NCBI GenBank assembly: GCA_024614665.1
Contig: GCA_024614665.1_4861.1
Direction: 5' to 3' (one strand)
Length of the DNA: 64,000 nucleotides
DNA from: a phage
Part shown: positions 28,402 through 38,675 of the stretch, in pieces
Numbering within the stretch: the first letter of the stretch is position 1
Layout of the letters: each line of letters starts with the position of its first letter
Notes under the pieces: generated by a model
What the model was told of the DNA's origin: nothing
Database searches by the model: none
The model's input: the letters and a program-made list of their open reading frames with translations, nothing else
Program-made: the position numbers and the translations under genes

Positions 28402-30915
28402 TTAACCCTTGATTATCAGATACTGATTAAGCTGCACTTCGCCATTCAGATAACGTTCATTGACGCGGTCTAAGAAAGCAAAGCCAAGTTCGTTGATTTC
28501 TACCGTTTCGTACTTCACATGCGGATGCAGTTTCACAAACGCTTTATCGTAACCGATATAGGCCGGGTCAAACGGCAGGAGGTCTTTATAACGCTCCATG
28601 ATGTTATCCAGCTGTGACGTCGAGATACGATACTCTGGATCGTCTTCCCGCAGAATCAGAATACCTTGCAAGTAGTCCCACAAGATCTTGTTCAGGGTTG
28701 GCGAATAGAGGTGATACAGATACGGCAACGGTACCGGGTTAACCGGTGGGGGTGTCGGGAACCAGTTAGACAGATAAGCCTCGACGCGTGTATCCAAATC
28801 ACGGGCAGTGTCGCGCAAGTCGTACGTATCGCCGCTTACCAGCGTCCGCAACGGAATAGTCGGATCGTCGACCGAGTATGGGAACCCGTCTTGTACGATG
28901 TCGACACCTACAGTGTTGTCTTCACGGAACACGACTTCGTCACGCAATAGCAGTGAACCACCACCCACGACACGAATCACTTTGTCGTCACGGCAATCAA
29001 ACTGGCTGTTATTAGACAGCAGTCCGCTTGACACGAAACCGTGTTTAGGAATACGGAGTTCACCGGTCACGCCACGACAACGCACTGAGATTTTATTTGT
29101 ATCCCCGTCCGCCATCCATGCTTTACAAACCACCACGATTTCCGGCCAGCGGGTGTGGTAATCGATACCGTGCACCAGTGGGTGGTTGTTCAACCACACT
29201 TCAACCGTTTCCATCGGTAGCCACAGCGTGCGCTGCTGCCCGTCTTGGTTACGTGCTACAATCGGAATACGTATCTGACCTTCCGACACCTTAACATCTA
29301 CTTCGAAGAACAGATGGAAGTCGTCGTAAATCACTGTCGGGTGACGTCGTGTCCGATCTACGGTCCAGGTGATTTTATTTCCGTCGCGGGTATAATCCGT
29401 TCCTTCCTCGGCTTTGTAGTAGTCGTTAGTTGGAACTTCCCCGACGACCATTCGAATCCAGAGCCCAACGTTTGAACCTGGCTCAATTTCAAAGTCAGGT
29501 GCGTTGTCAACAACCTTCACCGCATCCGAGACTTCGCCTGCAATAGCCTCGATGATTCGTGCTTCTGGATTGCGAGGGATGTAAACATCGTAGCCTGCAT
29601 TACGGTGATGTTCTAACAGCAACCCATCGGCATCGTACTCGTATACAGTTGACAGCGTTGCCAGTAAGTCGGGCAGAGTACCACGATAACCACCGGATGT
29701 AAGTTCCAGACGCTGTGGAGTGTCGGCACTGTAACGTGCGGCGGCATTGTAGCCGTACGCGTCAGTGCAGAGATCGCGTGTGATGTTCCGGAGTTTGGCT
29801 GCCGCTAACCGATTCGCTGCCGATTCTTCGAGCGCTGCTGCGGTCCACTCCGGTACGTTGGAGTTTGCCCCCACCATCGCACCGATGATTTGCTCGTCGT
29901 TAAGACGATAGAGATCGTGCGTGTGGGTGGAATTATACAGCGGCTTCAGGTCAAGGAAATCGTCACGTATCAATAAACGAATCGTTAGTTCGTCGATATC
30001 ATTCATCGGGGTATTGAACGCGGTGCGGTACTTCGAAATCCGCATCGAAGGAATCGATAGATCGTTCCACGTCAATTGTCGTACGGCCAGATGGCGGTGA
30101 CGATGGTAGTAACGCCCCTCACCTTTCCACAACAACTGAATTTCACAGTCGTTGTTGAAAATCCAAACGCCGTCCCCTTTTGGAATGTGCAGCAAGTATT
30201 TTCGTGTTTGGTCAAGCGTTGAGTAGAACGTTTGCAAATCCCCACAACGGTATTCAACCACACGACGAATACGTCCATCGACACGGATTTCAACATCATC
30301 CCATGCTTTGATATCCCCAGGTTTAGGATCGACAATCATCTTTCCGTTTACCCAGAAATCGACATAGCCGATTTTCTGGCTCTTCAATAGATTATAACGG
30401 TCTAAGACGATCTGGATCTGTTGTGGGTTCGGCGGATTATACGGTTCGATGAACGTCGGTTTAACAACAGGAGCGTTTTCACCGCCATCATTACCGGCAT
30501 AAATGCGCAGATAACATGGCGTGTCGTCTAACCACTTGTAGCGTTCCGTTTGCGGAATCGCCATGTAAATCTGACCAGAGAGTGTCCGCCAGAAATACAC
30601 AGAGTTCGACGGGATAATTGTCCCATCTTCGTTGTACACCTGCATCCACGCATGGAAGTTATTTACACACGTAGTAAGTTTCTTCCAGCGCTCAAGAGGG
30701 ATGCTCAAGTTGCCGTAGTTGAGGTGGAGCTTGTCAATTACAAACGCGTGCCACCACCCCTCGCCCGGTAAAGGAATCGGATTACGCCCGTGCTTGAAAA
30801 ACCCGATCGCTCCGGTCTTTTCAGTTAATCGAAAAGGCGCAATGTTCAACACCCCATCGAGGTACGGACGCTGCCACGCATTTTTAACGGCGTGAGCGAC
30901 CAGCCAGTTCTCCAT
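28402..30915 (-). CDS. hypothetical protein (837 aa), likely virion-associated
   Basis: ORF track; context in structural block. Confidence 0.5.
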   Translation of the reverse strand: MENWLVAHAVKNAWQRPYLDGVLNIAPFRLTEKTGAIGFFKHGRNPIPLPGEGWWHAFVIDKLHLNYGNLSIPLERWKKLTTCVNNFHAWMQVYNEDGTIIPSNSVYFWRTLSGQIYMAIPQTERYKWLDDTPCYLRIYAGNDGGENAPVVKPTFIEPYNPPNPQQIQIVLDRYNLLKSQKIGYVDFWVNGKMIVDPKPGDIKAWDDVEIRVDGRIRRVVEYRCGDLQTFYSTLDQTRKYLLHIPKGDGVWIFNNDCEIQLLWKGEGRYYHRHRHLAVRQLTWNDLSIPSMRISKYRTAFNTPMNDIDELTIRLLIRDDFLDLKPLYNSTHTHDLYRLNDEQIIGAMVGANSNVPEWTAAALEESAANRLAAAKLRNITRDLCTDAYGYNAAARYSADTPQRLELTSGGYRGTLPDLLATLSTVYEYDADGLLLEHHRNAGYDVYIPRNPEARIIEAIAGEVSDAVKVVDNAPDFEIEPGSNVGLWIRMVVGEVPTNDYYKAEEGTDYTRDGNKITWTVDRTRRHPTVIYDDFHLFFEVDVKVSEGQIRIPIVARNQDGQQRTLWLPMETVEVWLNNHPLVHGIDYHTRWPEIVVVCKAWMADGDTNKISVRCRGVTGELRIPKHGFVSSGLLSNNSQFDCRDDKVIRVVGGGSLLLRDEVVFREDNTVGVDIVQDGFPYSVDDPTIPLRTLVSGDTYDLRDTARDLDTRVEAYLSNWFPTPPPVNPVPLPYLYHLYSPTLNKILWDYLQGILILREDDPEYRISTSQLDNIMERYKDLLPFDPAYIGYDKAFVKLHPHVKYETVEINELGFAFLDRVNERYLNGEVQLNQYLIIKG

Positions 30916-30925
30916 AGTGGGCCTC

Positions 30926-31831
30926 TTACTTGATGTTCAGTGGTTTGGTGTTTTGATTCAACAGAAGGTTGTAAGTGAATTCAAACTTATCGCGTTTCTT
31001 AGCGGTGTCTGACTTCTTCACAATCCCACCTAACCGACTGCGGTTAAACATGTTATTATCCAGACAAGCCTTAATCATAACGAAGAGGCTAGGCGGATAT
31101 TCGATGGCGCTAGTAGCGAGTTGTTTTTCATAACTCACCCCGAAGAAGCTGGTATTCAACATCTGCTGCAGAGACAGAATGCTCAGGTCACGCACCCGCG
31201 GAGTGATATCTGCAGCCTGCACCATTTCGACGAATTCTGCGATATTACGCGGGAAAAGATATTCTGTGTGGCCTGTCACTGATTCAAACAGTTCCGCAGG
31301 TAAGCCTAATTGCTGCTCCAGCATCTGCTGCAAACGTAACGCTTTCACGTCATCTTCGACGTGGTTATAGAACTGCCCCACTGAGAATAATGCAGCCAAC
31401 GCTTTGATTTGCCCACTTTGATATGGAGCAAGTGCAAACGTGTGGGTAATCGCATCCGACACCCATTTGCTGAAAATCTCATGGTGGTAGGGCATCTGTG
31501 CCATCAGTGCAGCAAGCTTACCATTACTCCGTTTCCACACCAATTCCCAGCGAGCCTGGTCGAGACGCAATGCGTGTTCGACTGGGTTTCGTATTTTTAG
31601 CTCGTTGGTCTTATCCAGCGTGGTAAACGTGGCTGCGTATACATAAACGTCGTCGCCGATAACAATCGGCAAAGGAAACGGTTTTACATCAGCGGTCTCA
31701 ACAACGTAATGAACTTCATCGGACTGCGAGACAGTTTGGTTAAGTTTACGGGCTAATTCCAGGTCTGCCTTGGTGCGAGTAAGGTCGATTGCATTAAAGG
31801 GATTACCGCTGTAAGCGTTTTCGAGTGCCAT
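30926..31831 (-). CDS. hypothetical protein (about 301 aa; start moved to internal ATG)
   Basis: ORF track ORF 30926..31993 overlaps the divergent sheath gene start; internal ATG at 31831 has AAGGA RBS. Confidence 0.45.
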   Translation of the reverse strand: MALENAYSGNPFNAIDLTRTKADLELARKLNQTVSQSDEVHYVVETADVKPFPLPIVIGDDVYVYAATFTTLDKTNELKIRNPVEHALRLDQARWELVWKRSNGKLAALMAQMPYHHEIFSKWVSDAITHTFALAPYQSGQIKALAALFSVGQFYNHVEDDVKALRLQQMLEQQLGLPAELFESVTGHTEYLFPRNIAEFVEMVQAADITPRVRDLSILSLQQMLNTSFFGVSYEKQLATSAIEYPPSLFVMIKACLDNNMFNRSRLGGIVKKSDTAKKRDKFEFTYNLLLNQNTKPLNIK

Positions 31832-31888
31832 GAGTATGATCCTTAGTATGACCATCAGGTCTTTAAGACGAATATATGGAGACGTTCC

Positions 31889-33934
31889 ATGACTTTTATT
31901 CCACGAAACGGCGCGCCGTTGAATAACAAGCAAGGTTGGCAGGATAACTCTGTCCCCGAGCTTGTGCGTACCCCTACGGGTGACGCAATTCATAAGCCGC
32001 TGATCTTCACCTTTGCCGCGCGCGGGGTAGACAACGAGGCGTTCCCGTTAACCGGGGATAATGCACTGTCTCTGCTTGGTCGCAATGTCTTTGACTTGCG
32101 AGGCCCCTACGCGACGTTCAACACGCCCTATCAGGCGATGTTCAACGCCAACGCAAACGAGTGTATGTATCAGCGCTTGATCCCTGAAGATGCGAAGACC
32201 GCAAGTGTTCGCGTATTCGCCGACGTACTCGAAACGAAAGTTCCGTCCTACGACCGCGACAGCAACGGGATCGTTCAGTACGACAACTCGGGCAAGCCCA
32301 AGATCAAAGAACAAGTTGACGGTTTGGTAATCGTCTTCCGTTCTGTCGTAATCGACGAAACTACCCCGGCCATCGGCGCAGGTGTGGTTATCGACGGGAC
32401 GATGACTGGCGAAGGCGGCACGAAATCGAAGCTGTATCCGTTGTTCGATATCGCAGGCCCGTATGCGGGTGCTGACGTCAACGGTTTCGGTTTCAAACTG
32501 ATCCCACTCAGCGAGAAATCCAGCCCGGCTCTGACCTCCTCCTATCAAAATGAAGTCGGTGGTCGTGTTTACACCCTGCAATGGTTCGAAACCCTGGCAG
32601 GTGTGACTTCTCCGGTAGTGTGGAAAACTCTCACTGGCATGAGTAGCATCAATTTTAGCTTTAAGCCCGATGCATACTATCAGCCGATGAGAACGCAACT
32701 CGACTTCGAAGTTGTTGTTGCGGATGCATATCGTCAGACGATGCCTGACATTGGCGAGCTGCCAGATTATGGTCCTTTCGAGCAGTTCTATCTGTATCGC
32801 GAGAACCTGGAAACTGTACTGGGATTGGCTCAGGCCGCTATCACGACTGAAGCGCCTACTGACCCGTATATGGTTGACATCTTTGGCGGCTACGATTTAC
32901 TGGGCCAGCCTTACGATGGTCTTCAGGTAAACCCGGCTACTGAAACCGGTAAAGTTGTGTTCTCCTCATCCAACATCCACTACCTGCAAGGTGGTAGCGA
33001 TGGTACCATGAACAACGACGTTTACGACGAACTCGTTCGCCGTGAAATGTTGCTGTTCCCGGATGGCGGTAAAGTCCGTTACGACAACGAGCTGAAATAC
33101 TCGCTGGGTTGTTTCTGGGACTCCGGCTTTAGCTTCGATACTAAAGCTGCGCTCGTGAACTTCATCGGTCGTTCACGTAACACCTTCTTGACGCTGGCGA
33201 CTCACGTTTACAGCCAAGGCCGTAACGATGAGCAGGCAGAAGAAAGTGCAAAAATCGCCCTGATCGAATTGATCACAGCGGTACCGGAATCTGCCTATTA
33301 CGGCACTCCGGCTGCACGTGGTATGGTCACCGGCCAATCGGCGTTCATCAAGAACTCTTCCTACAAGAAGCCTGTTCCGATGAACTATTCCCTGGCGAAC
33401 TTCTTCTCGAAGTACCTGGGTGCTGCTGAAGGTCGTGCAAAACCGGCTTATCGTTTCAGCCGTGGCGAACTGACGATTATCGAAGATCTGACTGACCTGA
33501 GTATGCCGTGGAAAGGCAACGAAGTGTATGCATCTGACTGGGATGTGTCGCTGATCACTGCCCGTTCCTACGACTACTATCGCTTGTTCATTCCGGCGAT
33601 TCAGTCAATCTACAGCGAAGATCGTTCTGTACTGAACAACGCCCTGTTCAACTTCATGATGACCTACGTCTATCGTGTTTCCGACCGTGTATGGGCGGAC
33701 ATGTCTGGCGAAGCGGCCATGACGGATGATGAACGTGCGAAGATGATTGAGAACAAAATTATCGAACGTCTGGAAGGCCGTCTCGATAACGTTGCTGTCG
33801 TCACTCCGAAGGCGTACTTCACTGCAGACGATAAATCCAATGGTTACTCTGTGACGCTGGACCTGATCGCTGAAGGCGGTGTGCTGCTCACCCAGTTCAA
33901 CACCACTATCAAAGTTTACCGTCGGGAGAGCTAA
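31889..33934 (+). CDS. putative tail sheath protein (681 aa)
   Basis: Inference from size, strong codon bias, and an immediately following 291-aa gene plus strong terminator (sheath-tube arrangement); no motif verified. Confidence 0.4.
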   Translation: MTFIPRNGAPLNNKQGWQDNSVPELVRTPTGDAIHKPLIFTFAARGVDNEAFPLTGDNALSLLGRNVFDLRGPYATFNTPYQAMFNANANECMYQRLIPEDAKTASVRVFADVLETKVPSYDRDSNGIVQYDNSGKPKIKEQVDGLVIVFRSVVIDETTPAIGAGVVIDGTMTGEGGTKSKLYPLFDIAGPYAGADVNGFGFKLIPLSEKSSPALTSSYQNEVGGRVYTLQWFETLAGVTSPVVWKTLTGMSSINFSFKPDAYYQPMRTQLDFEVVVADAYRQTMPDIGELPDYGPFEQFYLYRENLETVLGLAQAAITTEAPTDPYMVDIFGGYDLLGQPYDGLQVNPATETGKVVFSSSNIHYLQGGSDGTMNNDVYDELVRREMLLFPDGGKVRYDNELKYSLGCFWDSGFSFDTKAALVNFIGRSRNTFLTLATHVYSQGRNDEQAEESAKIALIELITAVPESAYYGTPAARGMVTGQSAFIKNSSYKKPVPMNYSLANFFSKYLGAAEGRAKPAYRFSRGELTIIEDLTDLSMPWKGNEVYASDWDVSLITARSYDYYRLFIPAIQSIYSEDRSVLNNALFNFMMTYVYRVSDRVWADMSGEAAMTDDERAKMIENKIIERLEGRLDNVAVVTPKAYFTADDKSNGYSVTLDLIAEGGVLLTQFNTTIKVYRRES

Positions 33935-33937
33935 TAG

Positions 33938-34813
33938 ATGGCAATCAAAGATCGTCTCATTTTGCCTGATCAGGGTCTGCACGTCGACGGCGGCCAGTAC
34001 GATATGGTCAACGCGTTCTCCTCGGGCCAAAACGGCCCGGTTGGACAGGTTGGCAAGTTCGTTACTAACGCCTCTCGTCTGCGTCGTAACGTCATTGCGC
34101 GCGTCATGGAATTCCCTCGTTGGGTGGATTACATGCCGAACCCGCAGATGTGGCGTCAGGCTATCAAGTCCTTTATCGAGGTTCACTCCGAGATTACTGG
34201 CTTGGATAAAACCCTGAGCCATGCGGCTGTTGAAACTCAGCAGGGTCGTAACAACCGTACCCAGTATGAAGCTGGTCTGGTAACGGAAGCACTGTCCTCT
34301 GTTACCTTCACCACCCCGGATAAACTCGGGAAGGTGTACCAGAACATGCTGTGGGCGTGGCTGGTTTACGGTGTTTGCGATCCCCAGACTGGTCACCCAG
34401 GTCTGGCCGCAATCAACCCGAACGTTCCTGACCACCTGCCGGATATGTACAGCATGACCGTGCTGTTCATCGAACCGGATGCATATCAGCGTAAACCGCA
34501 GAATGCGTGGTGGTTAACGAACATGATTCCGGAAACCGCTGGCCAGGATATCGGTGAGCGTGAAACCAACACCGGTCCGCAGATTAACGAACTGTCAATC
34601 GCCTTTACCTCCCAGCAATGGACAGGTTGGGGTCCGATGCAGGCCGCTGCGAAAGAGCTGGATCGTATGAAGCTGTACGGTCTGCGTCCTTACGAACGCA
34701 AACTGTGGCTTACTCCGTCTCAGCAGACCGACGGTATCAACCCGGACGTCAACGCAACCCCAGGTGGTTACAACTCTGTCTCCGACGAGCAGATGGCCAA
34801 CCAGATGCGCTAA
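33938..34813 (+). CDS. putative tail tube protein (291 aa)
   Basis: Inference from position 3 nt after the candidate sheath gene, size and codon bias. Confidence 0.35.
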   Translation: MAIKDRLILPDQGLHVDGGQYDMVNAFSSGQNGPVGQVGKFVTNASRLRRNVIARVMEFPRWVDYMPNPQMWRQAIKSFIEVHSEITGLDKTLSHAAVETQQGRNNRTQYEAGLVTEALSSVTFTTPDKLGKVYQNMLWAWLVYGVCDPQTGHPGLAAINPNVPDHLPDMYSMTVLFIEPDAYQRKPQNAWWLTNMIPETAGQDIGERETNTGPQINELSIAFTSQQWTGWGPMQAAAKELDRMKLYGLRPYERKLWLTPSQQTDGINPDVNATPGGYNSVSDEQMANQMR

Positions 34814-34871
34814 GACAAAAAAAACAAGCGTTACCTCTCTCCATTTGGAGAGAGGTACGTTTTATTTTTTC
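34814..34871. terminator. bidirectional rho-independent terminator
   Basis: Hairpin GTTACCTCTCTCC-ATTT-GGAGAGAGGTAC (34829..34859) with A-run upstream and T-run downstream; between convergent genes. Confidence 0.7.
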
Positions 34872-35404
34872 GGTTGGCCAGCATCGATCTCACGCTGCGC
34901 ATTGGCACGAATCAGCAAGTTCTTGATTTGCAGCAATAATAGATAGGTTACGAGCACATCGAATTCAGACGGCGGTTGAACATCGCCCAAGTCGGGGTGG
35001 GCAATCTTCCAGAGAGACATCCCGTCTTTATAACCTTGTCCTGATTCTGCCGCGAGAATGTCGTTGGCGGACATGCTAATGAGTTCGTGTTCCAGTTGAC
35101 GGAGTACATCGTCACCCAGCTCTACTTGCAACAGGCACTTAAAGCGGATGATAAAGCCCGCGATAATACGACCGCTACTACCTTTGGTGATCGTGTCGAG
35201 AAAACGTTGGTAGCCGTTGATGGTGTGCGGAATAATCTCAACCGGATATTCGGCAATGGTTTCGAAAGCATCTTCCAGTATAGCTTTCATGGACAATGTA
35301 AACACGTCACCGATCTGATTGATGTGGCGGATAATGTCTTCACGTTTCATATCAGATGGAATCGGTTTGATATCGTCCTGACCGAGAGTATTAAGTTGCT
35401 TCAT
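34862..35404 (-). CDS. hypothetical protein (180 aa)
   Basis: ORF track. Confidence 0.5.
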   Translation of the reverse strand: MKQLNTLGQDDIKPIPSDMKREDIIRHINQIGDVFTLSMKAILEDAFETIAEYPVEIIPHTINGYQRFLDTITKGSSGRIIAGFIIRFKCLLQVELGDDVLRQLEHELISMSANDILAAESGQGYKDGMSLWKIAHPDLGDVQPPSEFDVLVTYLLLLQIKNLLIRANAQREIDAGQPKK

Positions 35405-35410
35405 TGTAGC

Positions 35411-35451
35411 TCCAAAATCAAAAAAAATAGGGCAGTCATAAGACCACCCTA
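35411..35451 (-). terminator. candidate rho-independent terminator
   Basis: Minus strand 7-bp stem AATAGGG/CCCTATT with 15-nt loop followed by T-run; after stop of 35509..35997. Confidence 0.35.
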
Positions 35452-35508
35452 TTGTTTACTGCTTCCGACCGAGTAGCTCAGCGAGTTACTTTGGGCTGGA
35501 CGGAATCA

Positions 35509-35997
35509 TTATTCGTCGTCTTCGTCTTCTTCATCAGTTGCCATCATGGACTTGGCAAACTCTTTACGCAGCTTGCCTTCCAACGCTTTAGACTTCGGAG
35601 AACCGAAACCGTAAGAGATGGACGCTGCCCATTCTTTCTGAGTTGGGTTTTCAGTAACCGGGCGAGAGAACACGGTAGAGAATGCTGCGTTACCGATATC
35701 GAGCGTTAAGTCCAGTGCACCGATTTCGCTATCCGCTTTTGCACGGTCGGCAATCAGACCACCGGCAACGCCACCGAACAGTTCAGTGAAGTTTGCGTCG
35801 TGCTGTCGCAGAGCGTCAGCGTCTTCCAGTGTGAAGCGATAGTCCACATCCCCAACTTTCGTTACCGGGAGCGTGGAAGTATATAGCTCGACGAGCGGCT
35901 CAGCGTTCAGCGCCAGGTCTTCGGACAGGGTTGCTGCCGGCGTGTCCAGTTCAGCGATCAGTTTGTGCAGTGCTTTCATTGAAGTTACTTCAGCCAT
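35509..35997 (-). CDS. hypothetical acidic protein (162 aa)
   Basis: ORF track; acidic C-terminus. Confidence 0.5.
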   Translation of the reverse strand: MAEVTSMKALHKLIAELDTPAATLSEDLALNAEPLVELYTSTLPVTKVGDVDYRFTLEDADALRQHDANFTELFGGVAGGLIADRAKADSEIGALDLTLDIGNAAFSTVFSRPVTENPTQKEWAASISYGFGSPKSKALEGKLRKEFAKSMMATDEEDEDDE

Positions 35998-36023
35998 CTT
36001 AATATTCCTTAAGGTCAGTGTGA

Positions 36024-36695
36024 TTAATCGTGTGAAAGACGAGCTTCGAGGTCGTCGATAATGGTATCTGTGAAATAGCTAATATCTAGCTGCTCCACGA
36101 AATCCCTGCGTTCCAGAATGCGCTCTGCGAAGAGCGTACCGTACCAACTAGGGACATTACTAACGCCGTTGCGTCCGAACTTCTGCTGGACATGACCAAC
36201 GGCATGGAATTTTGCATCACCTTTGCTTTTACCCTGTTCACGGGCAAACAGATAAGAACGGTGCATGTAATTGCTCACGTCATCTACAGACGGTATACCA
36301 CGGTCAGCTGCGGCAACTATCTCAGAGACAATCCCGTTGTAGTTCCCTTTGTGAGAACTGCGGTGTTCTAAGACTGCATGGGCAATCGTCAAACATTCAT
36401 CATCGGTAAGTTTATACTTACGTTTGAGCACTGGCTTGTTATCCAGTATCCAGCTATACCCTTTGATGTGGTGCGACGCACGGTCTTCTTTGGTAGAGAA
36501 GATGTCGTGAGCTGCCACCGCAATCAGTATCAGCTTCAGGTGTTCGGTTTGCCCAAGCATATACGCGATACGAATCGCATTTGATTTAACTGAGTTGATG
36601 TGATCCATGCGATGCGCACTATCGGTATAACGATAGAAGTCGCGGAATTGACGAACCAGTTTTTCCCAAAGTTTGTTGAGTTCAGTGCCCTGCAT
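36024..36695 (-). CDS. putative HD-domain phosphohydrolase (223 aa)
   Basis: His...His-Asp...His pattern typical of HD-domain metal sites (MDHINSV, LIAVAAHDIF, SHHIKG); assignment by motif only. Confidence 0.4.
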   Translation of the reverse strand: MQGTELNKLWEKLVRQFRDFYRYTDSAHRMDHINSVKSNAIRIAYMLGQTEHLKLILIAVAAHDIFSTKEDRASHHIKGYSWILDNKPVLKRKYKLTDDECLTIAHAVLEHRSSHKGNYNGIVSEIVAAADRGIPSVDDVSNYMHRSYLFAREQGKSKGDAKFHAVGHVQQKFGRNGVSNVPSWYGTLFAERILERRDFVEQLDISYFTDTIIDDLEARLSHD

Positions 36696-36729
36696 GTAAA
36701 TATTCCTTACGGTAATGGTCGATTAACTA

Positions 36730-37119
36730 CTACGAGAATGTGTGATAACAACGTGTCAGTGTAACTTTCACGTTATCAGAATGGTCTTCGTTGGTATACA
36801 CCACCGGCCAGATAATGTTATCAGACGAAAGCGTCTTTGATAACCCTTCAATCAATTCCTTCATTGAGGTTCCCTTCAGCCGATGGGTCGTACGCCACCT
36901 GTGTGACGTCATACGGCTATAAACCACCATATCTGGTGTAAGGGTACTACTTTCCTCTTTAATCTCCTCTAAACGCTTCTCCTCGCTTTCTACGAAGCTT
37001 AGTAAAGCATCTGGATTTCGAACAAACTCACCGAAACGATCGTCTCGGCGCAAGCCACAAAGAACCCATAGCGTAAATGGATCTCTGCACGCATCTACCA
37101 ACCCCTCTGCGATTTTCAT
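36730..37119 (-). CDS. hypothetical protein (129 aa)
   Basis: ORF track. Confidence 0.5.
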   Translation of the reverse strand: MKIAEGLVDACRDPFTLWVLCGLRRDDRFGEFVRNPDALLSFVESEEKRLEEIKEESSTLTPDMVVYSRMTSHRWRTTHRLKGTSMKELIEGLSKTLSSDNIIWPVVYTNEDHSDNVKVTLTRCYHTFS

Positions 37120-37173
37120 TTTATTCCTTCCTACACAGTCAAAGGATTTGTACGATTCGTTATTTTTGAGAGA

Positions 37174-37572
37174 TCAGATCAGCTGCTCGGCGCGCAAACG
37201 TCTCAAAGTGTTCGTTGCTGTAATAAGAACATCTTGCAGCTCTTGTATTGCTTCGCCATCAAAGTACGCTTTAAGATGCAGGTCGCTGGTGATGAGTCCG
37301 CCGTATTTGTAAGGCAGGTCTGTAATATCACAGACGATGGGATTTTCTGCTCGCCACTTTTCATCAGCAATGAGAATAAGAAACTTCCAGGCGTTTTGAT
37401 TGTCGAGCGCTTCGCCGGTTTCTGGCTTGTAGAGTTCTTTTAAACGTTTATCGCGCTCAGCGATAAGGTATTCGTCATCAGTCAACAGACGAATTAAATC
37501 GGCTTCGTTGCTCTCGGCTTTAGCACAAAGCATCATGGCAACAAAGGGGTCTTGGCGTAGTTGGTTAGTCAT
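37174..37572 (-). CDS. hypothetical protein (132 aa)
   Basis: ORF track. Confidence 0.5.
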   Translation of the reverse strand: MTNQLRQDPFVAMMLCAKAESNEADLIRLLTDDEYLIAERDKRLKELYKPETGEALDNQNAWKFLILIADEKWRAENPIVCDITDLPYKYGGLITSDLHLKAYFDGEAIQELQDVLITATNTLRRLRAEQLI

Positions 37573-37661
37573 TGTAAATACTCCTTCTGGGTAATAGTCG
37601 ATTAAAGCGTTAACGTGTAACGCTCACCTAAGTAATATATATCTCAGTTCTTTTTGAATGC

Positions 37662-37710
37662 AATTAATAAAATAAAAAGGCTCACCCGTATCCGAAGATA
37701 GGATGAGCCT
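37662..37710 (-). terminator. rho-independent terminator
   Basis: Minus strand imperfect hairpin GGCTCATCCTATC-TTCGG-ATACGGGTGAGCC then T-rich run; follows stop at 37719. Confidence 0.5.
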
Positions 37711-37718
37711 AGTGGAGC

Positions 37719-38267
37719 TTAGACTTGCAGTAGTGTCCCCGAGTGAGTAATCGGGTCATTGTAGAACGCTTCACACTGGAGGCAAATGCCATCAATGTTC
37801 GGTTCTTCAGTTCGCGACCATATTGCCGCGCCACCTTGCAAAATCCATTCTCGACAGTTACGACCATAATCGTCGACAAGCAAATTACCTCGCGAGGCGT
37901 AAGCTTTCTTCTGCCCTGAACTTTCGGTGACGATGACTTTGTCAGCTGGTACCCCAAAGTGCTTCATGAACCACCGTTGTTTTGAATCCACAACCAATTG
38001 GTGGTCGTAGTGATCTTCTGACCCAGAGGTGAGTATTGCCCAACTGTCGCAAAGTCTATCTACCGTTTCCAGGATTCGCTCTACACCCTCAATTGGTTCG
38101 AGTTTGTAAAACAGGTCAGGATCGTTCTGATACATCGAACGAACCAAACTACGACGGCGGAGTTCAGGTAATGCGTTAAACTCTTTAATCGTCATTCCGG
38201 GAAAATGTGTGGATAAAACGTATTTACGCCAGCGTGCAAAAACGCCATCGCTATCCAGATAAAACAT
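37719..38267 (-). CDS. putative HAD-superfamily 5'(3')-nucleotidase-like phosphatase (about 182 aa)
   Basis: N-terminal MFYLDSDGVF matches HAD motif I (DxDG); later LVDDYG; start moved from ORF track 38306 to ATG at 38267. Confidence 0.4.
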   Translation of the reverse strand: MFYLDSDGVFARWRKYVLSTHFPGMTIKEFNALPELRRRSLVRSMYQNDPDLFYKLEPIEGVERILETVDRLCDSWAILTSGSEDHYDHQLVVDSKQRWFMKHFGVPADKVIVTESSGQKKAYASRGNLLVDDYGRNCREWILQGGAAIWSRTEEPNIDGICLQCEAFYNDPITHSGTLLQV

Positions 38268-38320
38268 TTTCTTGTCCTTATTTTGTTCCCCAACACATGA
38301 AACCAACGTCGTGTAAAAAA

Positions 38321-38665
38321 CTACATTTGCTTTATTGCCATATTCGAACGATACGGCTCAGTGAGTAGAAAGTAAGTACGGCGATAGTCGATTGTCACTC
38401 CAGCCTCTTTAATGTCGCAATAGAGTGCCATGATATCTAGCGACGCGATTCCGGAGATAATGTTATTAACCTTGCGTTTTGTATCAAAACGTTCCGATAA
38501 GATTTCGGCAAGCACTTCCTTACCAGCCTTTCCTTGGATGGCGTAGATCGCTAACGCTTTCAGTTCTTCCGGCGTCAAACAACGAAGGGTCGGAGGTATT
38601 GCGATGTTAACGACCTTCATGCGTCCCCCTACTGTAGTGGTTTTTAGTTGTGATTTGCAGACCAC
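38321..38665 (-). CDS. hypothetical protein (114 aa)
   Basis: ORF track. Confidence 0.5.
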   Translation of the reverse strand: MVCKSQLKTTTVGGRMKVVNIAIPPTLRCLTPEELKALAIYAIQGKAGKEVLAEILSERFDTKRKVNNIISGIASLDIMALYCDIKEAGVTIDYRRTYFLLTEPYRSNMAIKQM

Positions 38666-38675
38666 GAACTAGGCA

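Noticed and set aside
33605-34435. Minus-strand ORF of 276 aa
   Set aside because: Antisense to the candidate sheath/tube genes, which carry the codon bias and terminator
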